A DNA stretch of 63,809 nt, filler included, from Choristocarpus tenellus KU-1152 (GCA_964200185.2; 12 parts of 12 records of this genome joined end to end with filler, not necessarily neighbours in it); one strand, 5' to 3'. Positions 39,345 through 51,200 are shown, counted from the whole stretch's first letter. Made by a program: numbers and translations. The notes: generated from the sequence alone by a model not told the origin.

Positions 39345-40860
39345 CCTTCACAATGGAAAGGTCTTGGGCGCCTTGGTAAGTAAGCAGAGAGTTTTTTCGA
39401 TGAGATGGCTACGCACGTGGTAGGGGAGAGGGGCAGGAGGCTACAGAAGGAAAGGAACTGTCAAATCCCGTTTACGACAGATAGTGTCTGTCACAACACA
39501 AGTGACTCTATCAAGACGTGTCATGCGTTTTAAGATGGAGACACCAGCAAGATGGGCAAGGAGGGGTCAGATTATTGGAATGCTTCCCTAGCTCCTCGCC
39601 CTTTGGTGTAGGGCTAAGCTAGGTTGGAGGCATAGGAGGGGAGTGGTGTAGCATAGCTAGTAGTCAAATAGTACATAGATAATAGAAACATATCTTTCAC
39701 ATAAACTGTTACTTTTAAGGGGTTCTTATGATAGTCGATTAGCTTTTCCCCTGACGCATCTATCTGTAAAATGTCTGAGGGCATAATGATATATATAGGT
39801 CAATCTTGCGAAGGAATGGGCATCCCTTGCACTATGGAGGACGGTAGCCCATTCACATTGGACCGGAATTTCCGCATGGATCTGGTCTTCCATGCCGGGG
39901 TATTTGCGGACCCTAGATCAGCTCCCTACCAGGATAAAGGCGTCCTCCCTGATGTTAGGTTTGAAGAGTTGTAAGCAGCCTCCCATCTGCCACACTCTTC
40001 CACCAGCAAAGGTGTAGCTGCTGCAGCAGCTGCAGCTGAGGCGCGAAAACGCACCCACTACGAGGATTCTTTTGACCTCGCAGTTTTAACCTCAACACCT
40101 TCAAGGTGGAAAGTTTGGGGCACGTCGGTAAGTAAGCAGAAGAATTTCTAGGTGAGTTGGCTACGCACGCGGTAGGTGGGAGAGGATTGGAAGGCTACAG
40201 CACGAAAGGAGCTGTCAAATCCCGTTTACGACAGATAGTGTCTGTCACAACACAAGTGGCTCTATCAAGACGTGTCATGCGTTTTAAGCTGGAGGCATAG
40301 GAGGGGAGTGGTGTAGCATAGCTCGTAAGTCAAATAGTATATAGATTATAGAAACATATCTTCACATTTCCGACAACTGTTACTTTTACAGGAGTTCTCA
40401 CAGGGTTGTAGGGCTAAGCTAAGTTGGAGACATAGGAGGGGAGGGAGTGGTGTAGCATAGCTGGTAATTACATAGTAAATAGATTGTTGGTTTTTCCCTT
40501 AACAAATCTGCAAAATGTAAAACGGCATAATAAAAAATATATATTGAATTGACTTTCTCCTGACACATCTCCAAAATGTCAGAGTATAATAATATATATA
40601 CCGCACCCCTATGACACGTTTTAAGCTGGAGACACCAGGGAGATGGGCAAGGAGGGGCTTGTTAGATTCTTGGGATGCTTCCCTACCTCCTCGCCCAGGG
40701 ATGCGGGACTAAGCTAGGTTGGAGGCAGAGGAGGGTACTGGTGTAGTAGCATAGCTAGTAGTAAAATACTAAAGAGATTAATTTCTTTCACATTTACGAA
40801 AACTGTTACTTTTTAGGGGTTATTCTGACATTTGTAGAGTTTTCATTGTTTTTTCCCTTG
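39345..40860 (+). mobile_element. Head-to-tail cluster of 5'-truncated 3' ends of a CRE-like (RLE-type) non-LTR retrotransposon
   Basis: About 4 overlapping-homology units. The longest encodes RLE motifs RMDLV...DV...GVAAAAAAAEARKRTHY...ESLG..GK.A..FL..LA. The same 3' end occurs at 54120..54650. Confidence 0.75.
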
Positions 40861-41485
40861 AAGTGGGCCAGGGATAACGGGTGCCCCTGGGATAGGAACA
40901 CTTGTGCCCAGGCTGCTCCAAGTGGCCATCTGGATTTGCTGGTGTGGGCCAAGGATAATGGGTGTCTGGGATCACCGCACATGTTCTTCCGCTGTCAAGG
41001 GCGGGCACATAAACATCTTGCAGTGGCCCAGACTTTTGGCTGCCCCTGGAGTGAAGACACCTGCACTTTTACTGTGGATAAGAGACTACTTCGTGTCTTG
41101 AGGTGGGCCCAATCTCAAGGCTGCCCTTGGGATACTATAACTTCCACACACTTGCGAGAGAGGGGGACCGGGAGACCTTGCAGTAGGCCTTGGCCAATGA
41201 CTGTTGTTGGCATTCGGGGGTCGTTTCTGCTGCCGCAGAAGAGGGAAGCTTGGATGTGATGAGGTGGATGATCTCAGGAGGTTTCCGATTGGATATTTTA
41301 TCACTGCTCGTGCTGCATGGAAGGGGCATCTGGAGATGCTGAGATTGTTGAAAGCAAACAGCTATCCCTGGCATGAGCGAACCTGCTCCCTTGCTGCATC
41401 TGCAGGCCACCTGGGTGTTCTAATGTGGGCAAAAGCCAACGGGTACCCTTGTATTGAGGAAGTCGCTAGGTGTGCTTTTGGGTAG
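40857..41485 (+). pseudogene. 'CPW'-type ankyrin-repeat protein, frameshifted, intronless
   Basis: Repeats LKWARDNGCPWD, GHLDLLVWAKDNGC, LRWAQSQGCPWD, GHLEMLRLLKANSYPW and GHLGVLMWAKANGYP are spread over three frames. Confidence 0.85.
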
Positions 41486-41759
41486 GACCACCCGAATGAC
41501 TTGGAGCCAATGGGCACCATTGGAATCACGGCCGTTAGAGTGTGTTGGGTACTTTGGAGGTGGTGTTACAGGTGCCCCTCGATGCTCACCTTTCCAGGAT
41601 GTACATGTCAAGTCCAATCCACAGATTATCGANNNNNNNNNNNNNNNNNNNNNNNNNNNNNNNNNNNNNNNNNNNNTTAATTAATTAANNNNNNNNNNNN
41701 NNNNNNNNNNNNNNNNNNNNNNNNNNNNNNNNTTGTTTTTTGGCCCACCAATGTTTTTG

Positions 41760-41811
41760 TCCAAATGGACGCCCCGGTGGAAACCCCCCCCCCCCCCAGA
41801 TACTTTGGGTC
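41760..41811 (-). mobile_element. MITE family B partial copy near contig start
   Basis: CCAAATGGAC...CCCAGATACTTTGGGTC. Confidence 0.75.
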
Positions 41812-41898
41812 TCACGCACCTCACGCAGCAGTCCATACACTCCAAAATCAAAGTCAAAGTCAAAGTCAAAGTCAAAGCCAAACGTATATTGATCGTAC

Positions 41899-44788
41899 CA
41901 AGTTTGACGATAGATCGTTGTCCTGACCGCTGCCCTCTCCATCCAGGGTTCGGTTTGTAAACCACGGGTGTTCAAGGGCTTGGTTGGCGGTCAAACGAAC
42001 CGTTTTGTCAACTACAAGCAACGCCCTTATGAGATTCTTTGCTTCTTCTGACACCACCTGCCAGCATGGCTGTGGAAAGAGGGGGGAATGGGGACACTGT
42101 ACGAAAAGCAACATGTGGGCCAATAGAGCGGTTCTAAATATCACATTGGACCAATAGGGTGCTTCCCTTCGTCCTGCAACCTCGGTTTCCCTGTCAGTGA
42201 TGTTGTTGCAACTCTGACAGAGAGAAACAATACATATATATATTATATATCTTTTTCTACCCTCTGATATTATCTGCACATACTGAGGAGGCAGCAGGAG
42301 TATGCAGTGACATTAGAAATGGAGTGAGGAAATGGAAAATATAGAAACAAATAGAAACAAATAGGATGCTTCGACGATAGGGACAAGTCATGAGTGATAT
42401 AGCTATTGCTTGCTAAATAGTGATATACCTCAGCAATATTTCAAGCTCAAGTAGCCTCCAACTGTTGTTCATGTAGCACGGGGAGTCATGTCGAACTGGT
42501 AGGTGGCATGCACTTTTTAGAACACACACGTGCGTGCGCGCGCACACACACACACATTTGCCCCAATGATGGAACGGCCAAAAGCTGTTTCAAGTCGATA
42601 GGATCTACTTGCCCAGTGATACCCACTCCCTACCCCACTCAGTCATGACATTTTTTAAGCATATATATTTTATAAACTATTCTTGGACGTTTGGTGTATG
42701 ATAGCTGCCAGGTGTTGAGTGAGAGGGATGTTTGGAGCACACAGTGTTGAGGGTATCTACTGTCTCAACAAAAATGCCTTTTTTTCTTTTTTCTTTTATG
42801 TCAAGAATGTCAGGCGCAACAAGCACCTCACGAAAATGCTTCACAAAGAGGCAAAGAGAGGCAGCCAAACAATTGCTGTCGTCTTCAAGAATCCAAGGGA
42901 ATGGGGGTATATAGCATCGTGGACGATTAAAATGCCACTAATAAGAGAAAATGTTGACTACACTCCACCCCATTCAACACAAGAGTCTCGCCCCACCCAA
43001 ACTGAGGATTTCTGTACCGTACACGCACACCAAGGTCAATACTGCATCTGTGAGCCAACACTGTGGAACAAACGACCTGTTGGACGTTCTACAGTTTATC
43101 TCGATCCGTACTGCTGCTTATGCTACGCTAATGCTGCTGCTGCTGCTACTGCTGTTCTTAAGAATTTTTGTCAGGTGGAAAGAGACGGTGTGATTATGTG
43201 TGAAACATGGAAAGCGGGTGGGCTCACAGGCGGGAACGTACTCGTTTGAAGGTGTAGGTGGCAGACTTGATCTGTCGAAAGAGCCTGTTCATGTCCAGGG
43301 AGTGGAATGGTGTGTAACCGCTCAGAAGGACAAACATTATCACCCCAACCGCCCACATGTCAAGCTTGATCGCCATTGGTGCGTGTGTGTAAGAATGTGT
43401 GCGTGTTCCAGACCAGGGGCACAGAGACGAGCACGTAGGTGTGTGCATAGCACATGGTGAAGTGAGACGAAGGGGAGGAGCATGCGATTGCCACTTGGTT
43501 GTCACTACTACTGTACATGGAAGGTGTGCGTAATTGTTCTGGGCAGGACATGAGAATATATATTTATATATATATATGTAAGAAGAAGAAAAATCGAGGT
43601 TCAGACTGTTGAAATGCAGCATTTGATGCAGTCACAAAGGCTGGACTAAGATTGGCAATTGACTGTCGGGATCATCTTGCCCTAACCCTACACACTACTG
43701 AATTGTTTTCCTTAGCGTGACTACCATTCTTTTCTTGTGGCAGAAATTAGGCATGCATTGACTGCATGCAAAGATATGTATAAGCAAATATATATATATA
43801 TATGTACATGCATCCAATGGGGAAGCTATTCAAGCACATAAACTATCAGCGGTCACAGGGATTTGGACACGATTGCAACACCAATCGGGTCAACAAAGTC
43901 AGCAAAGTCTAGGTGTGTGGCAGCACTGAAAGGTACTCTATTTTGTCCGTTTATGTCCGTTTGTGTCTGCGTCTGTCTGTCTGTCTGCATCTCTCTCTCT
44001 CTCTCTCTCTCTGCTTTTTTTCATATCAATATTTTTTCTAATTCAATTCGAACTGTGGGGAAAGAGAAGAGTTTTGTGTGTATGAATGTATGTGCATGTG
44101 TGTGTATTATGTACATATTATATGTGTGTAAGTCTGGATGAATCAGATTGAATTAAACAACGGAAACAGGAACTGAACCCAGACCAGTTGACAAACGCCC
44201 TTGCAATTACTCCATAGTACATTCCAAAAGAGCCCCAAGTCAGATCTATCGCCTCTGCATTGAAAAATGGCGAGGTACAGCACCTAAACTTACCATACAC
44301 ATACCTACACGCATCGAAGAGCAGGGACAATAACAATAAGAAGATCCTTCTTGAAACATCTGCTAGACACCTCTGTCTTATGATCGATCCAAGAGGACCA
44401 ATCCGTTGATACAGTACCTTACCGGCAACCAGCATATTTTGCTTCTCTTGCCTACAGAGTGAAAAACAACTTAGATTATGCAGGAAATGACAGGAAATGG
44501 GAGGAAATGGCAGGAAATGGGCATGGTTCCTGAAAGGACCATCCTCTTGCACCTACCACAAGGAGACTTCCCAAGACTTTTTCTTTCTTTTTTTTCACAA
44601 GGGTGAAACGTCCCCCTTACCATACTTGCTGTTACACGCCCCAAAATTAAAATGAATGAACAAACCTCTTTTCCGTGGGGTTTCCCAAGCAGCATTTCGG
44701 GGGCCAAGTAGCTTGGTGTTCCACAAAATACCCCCTTTCCGCCACACTGACCTGATGATGTGCTCCGGGCAAGCCCAAAATCGATCAA
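41899..44788 (-). CDS. CAMK-group (CaMK1-like) protein kinase, internal exons 44788-44666, 43364-43242, 42069-41899
   Basis: Phase-0 exons give LIDFGLAR...CGTPSYLAPE...GKE|LDMWAVGVIMFVLLSGYTPF...FKR|PCWQVVSEEAKNLIRALLVVD...RLTANQALEHPW (subdomains VII-XI). Confidence 0.9.
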
Positions 44789-45071
44789 CTGTGTGTAGGA
44801 GGAGGTGAAAGGATACTGATCGATTTGGACAGCACTAATGGCATACACCTTTAAGGGTCGGAGTAGTTCAGGCAGTTCATGCAAAGCTTGAAAGGTGATG
44901 GTGGTGAGTGTGATGATGATTGTGACAATGTAATGTTAGTGAAAATAGTATTCGCTACATGGTGCACCTGTAGGATGATGACTCACAGGTCGCATTTGTG
45001 TCACGATTGTGATGATGTGAACTACAATGACAACGGCAGTAGTATTGATTTCAATAACAAAAACACAATAA

Positions 45072-45338
45072 GACCCAAAGTATTTAAGAGGGTAGTGCTG
45101 TGTCCGTTCGGGATCATAAATCCAATGTTGCGATTTTGATTCATTCTTGGTCATCGTGTTTGTTGGCGAGTGTCAATATCCTTGCTCCGGACACGCCTTT
45201 TCATAGTCATACACACTTTACCTACTCTCTGAAACGTTTTGAAAACCGAAAAAAAGGGCATAAGAAAACGGTGGGAAGTCATGCCCCAAACGGACAAAAA
45301 TTGGAGAAGTTGGTGCCCTCTTAAATGCTTGTTGACTC
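45072..45338 (+). mobile_element. MITE family A, divergent subfamily copy
   Basis: GACCCAAAGTATTTAAGAGGG...CCCTCTTAAATGC..GACTC. Internal sequence is homologous to 9254..9511. Confidence 0.8.
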
Positions 45339-45364
45339 CAACAACAACAAAACGAAAGAAAATA

Positions 45365-45403
45365 GACCCAAAGTATCTGGGGGGGGGGGGCAGTCCACAC
45401 CAG
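45365..45403 (+). mobile_element. MITE family B left end at contig end
   Basis: GACCCAAAGTATCTGGGG... Confidence 0.75.
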
Positions 45404-45503
45404 NNNNNNNNNNNNNNNNNNNNNNNNNNNNNNNNNNNNNNNNNNNNTTAATTAATTAANNNNNNNNNNNNNNNNNNNNNNNNNNNNNNNNNNNNNNNNN
45501 NNN

Positions 45504-45574
45504 CCAAAAATCGCGATATGAAAAAAATGACGCCAAATGGACAGCCGCCACCCCCCCGCCAGATACTTTGAGTC
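45504..45574 (+). mobile_element. MITE family B right end at contig start
   Basis: CCAAAAATCGCGATATG...CAGATACTTTGAGTC. Confidence 0.8.
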
Positions 45575-46263
45575 GGGTCTTTCCGCTCCCCTTCAGTACG
45601 AAGAACCTGTCGACTTGTTTCCATCTGTTTCACCTACAGACTATATTAGATGCATCTGGAGATCTAACAGCACGCCTTGCTCGACGTAGTATTCGCATTT
45701 GTTATAATATGAAGTAGTAGAAGTGGTGGTGGTATGACTTACATTGTTACATTTTTTGTTTGCCATCAAGGATGCATTGAATTCGTGTGCCAATGGACAT
45801 ATCGATGAAAAGCAAACTGTACTAGGAGATGTTTAATGGTTCTTAAATGTGACAGAATTTTTTTGTCTATTACCACTAATATTCTTGAAGACTGACGGAG
45901 AGGTTTGGTTCCAGATGACATGTTCTAGTGTCAAGAACTGTAGAAGAAATAATCCATCCAAAACCCACAACTCCAAAATAGTAAGGGGTATGAAAATTTT
46001 TGGAGTCATTCAAACATTTCTCAATTCATTATACTATATTACATAATTCACTAGGAGTAACAATTTTGTTCCCCTCCACCATACCGAAGGGAAAAGGGAA
46101 AGATTATGAAATAATCTGAGTTTTGTGGGGGAAAGAATTCTGGTCGTAATGTAGTGTGGTATAGGGGGAGAGGTGAGGAATGGAGAAATAAAAAGTAGTC
46201 AAGGGGTGAACGAAGAGTAAAGTACTGAGTGATTATAGTGTTGACAGTCACCTCTAGGATCAG

Positions 46264-46524
46264 ACCGGTCTTGATTTTTTAAAAGGTTGCCCAACGAGTT
46301 AAACGACGATAAGCATATCGAATGAAATTTTGGCAAAGTTAAATATTAACCAAATGTTTTCGGCACAACCTGGAAATTGTTTCGGAATGAATTATCACGA
46401 CCAAACATATTTTTTCGAAAGGTTTCCTTTGCGTAAATCGATAGCCTAGATCCAGAGCTTCCATTTGATATGGTGATCATCGACTAACTCGTTGGGCAAC
46501 TTTTTCAAACAAATCAAGATTGGT
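46264..46524. repeat. Inverted repeat with arms of about 63 bp (MITE-like)
   Basis: TCTTGATTT..AAAGGTTGCCCAACGAGTT (46268-) pairs with AACTCGTTGGGCAACTTTTT..AAATCAAGA (-46520). Confidence 0.75.
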
Positions 46525-46599
46525 AACCACCAAAACGGTACATGGGAGGACCTCGGCTTAACACTGTTTAAACCACTCACAGGACACTTTGACGCACAA

Positions 46600-46914
46600 T
46601 GAGCTCCGAGTTGTCGCCTGCCCCTCACAGGACACTGTGAATTGAACCCGATAGAGATATTCTGGGGGCGAGCGAAGCACTATGTACGAGGCCACTATGA
46701 CTACACGTTGCCTGGAATGAGAGCCAACATTCCTGTCAGTTTTAAGGAGGAAGGGGAGCTGTCCAGAGTCATTGTGGAGAGGTTTTTTAGGATGAGTATT
46801 GCTTGCCACCTGCTACATTCCAACGAGAAAGGCATGGAGTGCACCAAATTGGACAGGGTGTGCAATGCATTTGAGTCTCACAGGAGGCCTGCACCTTCAG
46901 AATACCTCATTTGA
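46600..46914 (+). mobile_element. IS630/Tc1-mariner-superfamily transposase C-terminal fragment
   Basis: HCELNPIEIFWGRAKHYVR (catalytic E region, P.LNPIE..W...K) and a C-terminal ESHRR motif. Confidence 0.8.
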
Positions 46915-47434
46915 TTTGGCATGGATTGTCCTGTTCAGAGGCCTGGGTCCCCATGAGTGAGCCTTAGTCAGCAGGTGACAACATTGCATAAACGGGAAAT
47001 AATAGAAAGGGAATGGAGAGACAACAACGCCCATGTTCTCCGGGTGAAGATGGCTTCTTCTGGCGTCAAAATCATCCTTAAATGCGCGGTTCGCGCGCGC
47101 CGCTTGGCACCCCTGCGCAAAACCCACGCGCGAACTACTTGATTTAAGTATGTTCCTGTATTTCTCGCGATTACTGCAAGTTGACCAACCAAGACCCATC
47201 AAATAATGTTAAGCATGCTGATGCGATTACAACAAACGAACTTTCATGAAAAAATTGTTACAGGAGGAGACTGCCAACAAAGGTGTAGGAGGTAGAAGAG
47301 GCAGGAGAGAAGTTAAGGAAGTAGTTGGTAGGTGGAGGCACAAAGTAAGAAGGAATGGTCGGTACGAAAAGAAAACCAAGGGTTAGTGGTACAAGACGAG
47401 GAGGGCCTAGAACCAGACAACCTCCGAGCAAGCT

Positions 47435-47536
47435 CTCGTAGTCTCGGGAGTAGGTAAATTGCCATAAAAACCCCGTGGGAAGCCAAGTCCCAAGCGGACA
47501 AACAGGGCAAAAATCGTACCCTCTAAGATTTCACTC
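47435..47536 (+). mobile_element. MITE family A right half
   Basis: GGAGTAGGTAAATTGCCATAAAAACCCCGTGGGAAGCC...CCCTCTAAGATTTCACTC. Confidence 0.8.
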
Positions 47537-47770
47537 GAAGGGGGTTCGCACTGGTTGGTCATCAGAGGTGGGTGGTCGCTGGAAATCAATTGCGAAAGGG
47601 GTTCGCATTGATTGGTTGGTCATCGCAGGGGGGGGAGGTGACTGGAAATCAGTGGCGAAGGGGTTTGCACTGGTTAGTCACAAGTAGTGGTACAATGCGG
47701 AGGAGGGGAATGGGTGGAATACAAACGTAGAATAAAATAATAATATTCCAGAATTCATGAGCAAAACGAA
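47537..47770. repeat. Array of about 60-bp units plus GAATTCATGAGCAAA end module
   Basis: Homologous to 22988..23365. Confidence 0.8.
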
Positions 47771-48374
47771 GCATATCAAGTTACCTGATTGGTGACCTTG
47801 AGAATTCATTCGCCAAGGTATACGAGGAGACTGTATCATGACACAAGATAATTTTTTGTGGGGGAAGGTAGGCAAAACGCTAAAGAGTAGATGGCCTCAA
47901 TGAGAAGACAGGGTAATCGAGAAGTTAATGAGAAGTGAGTGGTAGTAGGAGAGAAGGGCTGAGGATGAGTAGGCACAATGAAAGGCCAAAGTAAAAAGGT
48001 TTTGGGAACAAGGACAAAGGGGGCAGGATAAGGGCAATCTCCAAGCAACCCTTCGCAACCCCCCCCCCCCCCCCCCCCCCTGTCCCCCCCTCTGGGGGGG
48101 GGGGGGGGGGGGGGGGGGGNNNNNNNNNNCCCTTCGCACCCGCCCACCCACCCTCATGGTTGCTCACATTTAGGTGGGATGATAGGGGGGGGGGGAGGTC
48201 AAGCTCAGGCCGGGTAGATGTCGCCCAATTCAAGGCACGGTATGAGAGAGGATGGTGGTGGAGGTTTTTAGACGACTGTGGGGTGTTCTTGGATGAATTT
48301 GGTGTGCTCTGGAACGTGGAATGCCATGGATGGAGTTGGAGCATTTTGGGAGGGTTAGAGTGAAAGTGGATTCG

Positions 48375-48783
48375 CAGGGAGAAATTGATCGCATCGGTTT
48401 GGAAGGTGGATACGTGTATTTAGACCACATTGGGTTGGTGATTGGACGCGCGGAAATTGGCCCTATTGATGGGGATTGGATATGTGGAAATTGGTCACAT
48501 CGGTTGGAGATTGGAAACAATGCGGAAATTGACCATATTGGTGGAGATTGGATACGCAGAAAGTGACCACATTAGTTGGTGACTGGATAGGCGGAATTAA
48601 CCACATTGGTTGAAATATGGGATATGCAGAGATTGGCTGCATAGTTGGTGCGGTAAACACGAGTAGTGTTGTGAGAGTAGTGCAGGATGGTATGAGTGGT
48701 GTACACCATCAATTGGGGAGTGGAGTGGATGTAAGGCAAGATAGGGCTAACAAATTACTGGTTTAGAATTCGTGAGCAAAGCA
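48375..48783. repeat. Degenerate array of about 35-bp units (GAAATTGACCACATTGGTTGGAGATTGGATACGCG-like, about 7 units) plus GAATTCGTGAGCAAA end module
   Basis: Units start near 48381, 48453, 48487, 48525, 48559 and 48594. The module is at 48766-48780. Confidence 0.75.
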
Positions 48784-50107
48784 ACTCTATTATTGCAGAA
48801 TGAAGTGAGGCATTTTTCTGTCCAAATGACAGAGATGAACCCGGTTCTGTTTTGCACACGTTTTTTTGACGAGCAGGTATGAATACCCACAAACGAAATC
48901 TATGTTCTTATTGGGATGGTTCTTTTCGGGCAGACACTAGATTATGTGTTCTTGTGCTCGTGTCTTAGACCCACTGCTATTTGGCTTTCCTTCCATCCAA
49001 CATCATAGACATATGTGATAAGGAAGTATCGATCAGAGATGTTCGATTTGGTCTTCACCACGTACCCTCGGTGACCGATGTTTATCACAAGTCTTGAACC
49101 GCTGTTCCCTCTGCTCGTACATTTTGTTCCCTATGCTATGAGATTCCCTCTGAGGTACCATAAAGTGATGTGTAGACAGTGGTCTCAATGAAAACTTCTT
49201 TTGCGGCCTACCCCCTGCCACTCAAAGTGTATTTTAAAACGTAGCCTACTCTCTCCGAGATACATAATACAGTTGAGCATCATTACCCAGTGACTATGTA
49301 TGGACATAGTTGTGTTTTATCCGTAGACTGTATTATTATGCCCTCTGACATTTTGGAGATGTGTCAGGGAAAATGCCAACCTGTATCACAATGACTACTG
49401 TAAAAATAACAGTTGTAGTGAATATAAAGATGCCTCTCCAGACTGTATCCATCAAACTCTGTACGTCACCACCCAAGTGACACATACGTTGACTCAGACT
49501 TAGACATTACTATTTTGTTTCTTACAGGAAGGATAACTCTGGTGATATCTTGCTTGTAGTTCTTTGGTGTCGCCCCCTTGTGAGAACTCGACCTCACTCT
49601 TCAATAAGTGTACACTGATGCACATCTGAATAAGGCGTATTCAGAGAGCTACTGCATACACAACTTTCTTTACAAGGTAACAAGCCTCTAATCAGAGCAT
49701 GCATCACTATCCTGGACTATGACACTCAATAGTGCTGCACTGTGCAGTACCAACAAGCCTCTCCACAGAGCACATCACCATACTCATTGATTTTAGTTCT
49801 ATCAGTGCTTCAGTGGACTGACTCTCTTCTTTTGTAGTATATGATCAAACCTCTAGATAGAGCACTTTATCAGAATCAATGATTCATCCAAGTCAATACT
49901 TCAACAAAATGGACAACTTGAAGTGTCGTTCAAGGTATATGTGGAGATATGGAGGTGAGGAATGTCCCTCATCAAACCTTTCAGAAATGCTAATCATTAG
50001 TGGTGGGAGCTGTGGGATCCATTGGACCAAGGTGGGAGTGTGGTCAGCGCTCTATTGTGTTGCTGTGCTCTTATCTATGCCTATTACTAACATGAGGTTA
50101 GGATTGT

Positions 50108-50840
50108 TAAAACATAGGCTACTCATCTCTTGTGTACTTGATACGATACAGTGCTGATTGGCACATCATTACTAGTCGTTAGTCACATTTGTGAAATTAA
50201 CCTTGGAAGGTATTGCTATTTGATCAATAGTGAAGACAAGAAGGTGTGGAGCCTCACACGATTCCCCAATTGCTGAATTTGTTTACATGATTCTAAAGAA
50301 GATTGACCCTGTGGGGTGTCTTCTTATTGCTCTTATATAACTATTTGTGCCTCAGATGTAAGTCAACAGTCTTGTCAGGGAATTTAACTGCAATATCAAA
50401 CCCCATACATAATCCAGATGTACTATCTCATTAGATACATCACATGGACTTAACCCAATGCCATAATCTCACATACACAAAATAGGGTACACCTTTACGA
50501 TTGCCATTTTTTGTACAACCTTACATCATCAGGACCTCATCATCTCATCATCAATTTTTGTTAGAACGTCGTGGTGCATAGGAAGTATGGAACAGTCGAC
50601 ATCTGTCAAATATACGTAGTATGTGCCATATGAATTGTCTCAGATATTGATTCAAGTGTGCTTCTTTGTTTTTCTTTTGATCTTTACATCAGATCCATCA
50701 GTTGCGTTTCATGTGTTATTATTCTTTTTCTGGCTGGCATTGCCCCCTTCTAAACACATCAAGCTCACTCTACACTGAGTGTACCTGATGATACACGCCA
50801 GGATGTAATATATACAGAGTTAAAACATCCTCAGAAACCA
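50108..50840 (+). repeat. LTR of a third LTR family, interrupted by a nested solo LTR
   Basis: Starts TGTTAAAACATAGGCTACTCATC. Homologous to the reverse complement of about 61030..61486. Related pieces occur at about 49500..49880. Confidence 0.65.
50190..50516 (-). repeat. Solo LTR of the Copia family at 58127..58468 / 62596..62937
   Basis: TGTACAAA...TTTCACA ends, full-length homology, and flanks ACATT/ACCTT (5-bp TSD with one mismatch). Confidence 0.8.
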
Positions 50841-50842
50841 TG

Positions 50843-51200
50843 TATGAATATTTGCTATGGTCATCACCTGAAGCTCTTCTCCCACTACCACAAATTCCTC
50901 CGCGACTGCATAGGTTTCCACAAATGGGAACACACTGATCATGTCCTACCTTACGAAGATTTTCTGATGAAGGATTGGTGTGAGAGTATCGAGCCAATGG
51001 TGCGAAAGCGTAGGCTACTGTTTGCTGGGTCAGTTGCTCACAGGGGGGATGAGGGACGATTAAAGATAGTTGATTTTTGGGGAGCTTGTGGATGGATAGA
51101 TGGAACCGACGCAAGGTGGAAAGGAGAAGGACTGGTGGACATACCTCCAAGATGACCTTCACAAGTTTAGGATTGGAACTGAGGGTTGGAACATGAGGGT
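50843..51200 (+). mobile_element. RTE-clade LINE 3' coding remnant
   Basis: H.KFLRDCIGF...DHVLPY...CESIEPMVRKRRLLFAGSVA...L matches the post-RT region typical of RTE elements. Confidence 0.7.

Noticed and set aside
36768-44788. Kinase-ankyrin-kinase 'cluster'
   Set aside because: A spacer at 41633-41732 separates the two kinases, so their proximity is an artefact of concatenation.
45365-45574. MITE B left and right ends on either side of a spacer as one element, implying the contigs are adjacent
   Set aside because: The flanks do not form a TSD (AATA vs GGGT). Contigs simply tend to break inside this poly-G-containing repeat.
47836-48344. Pro/Gly-rich ORFs
   Set aside because: They are produced by poly-C/poly-G tracts beside a small N gap, where the assembly is unreliable.
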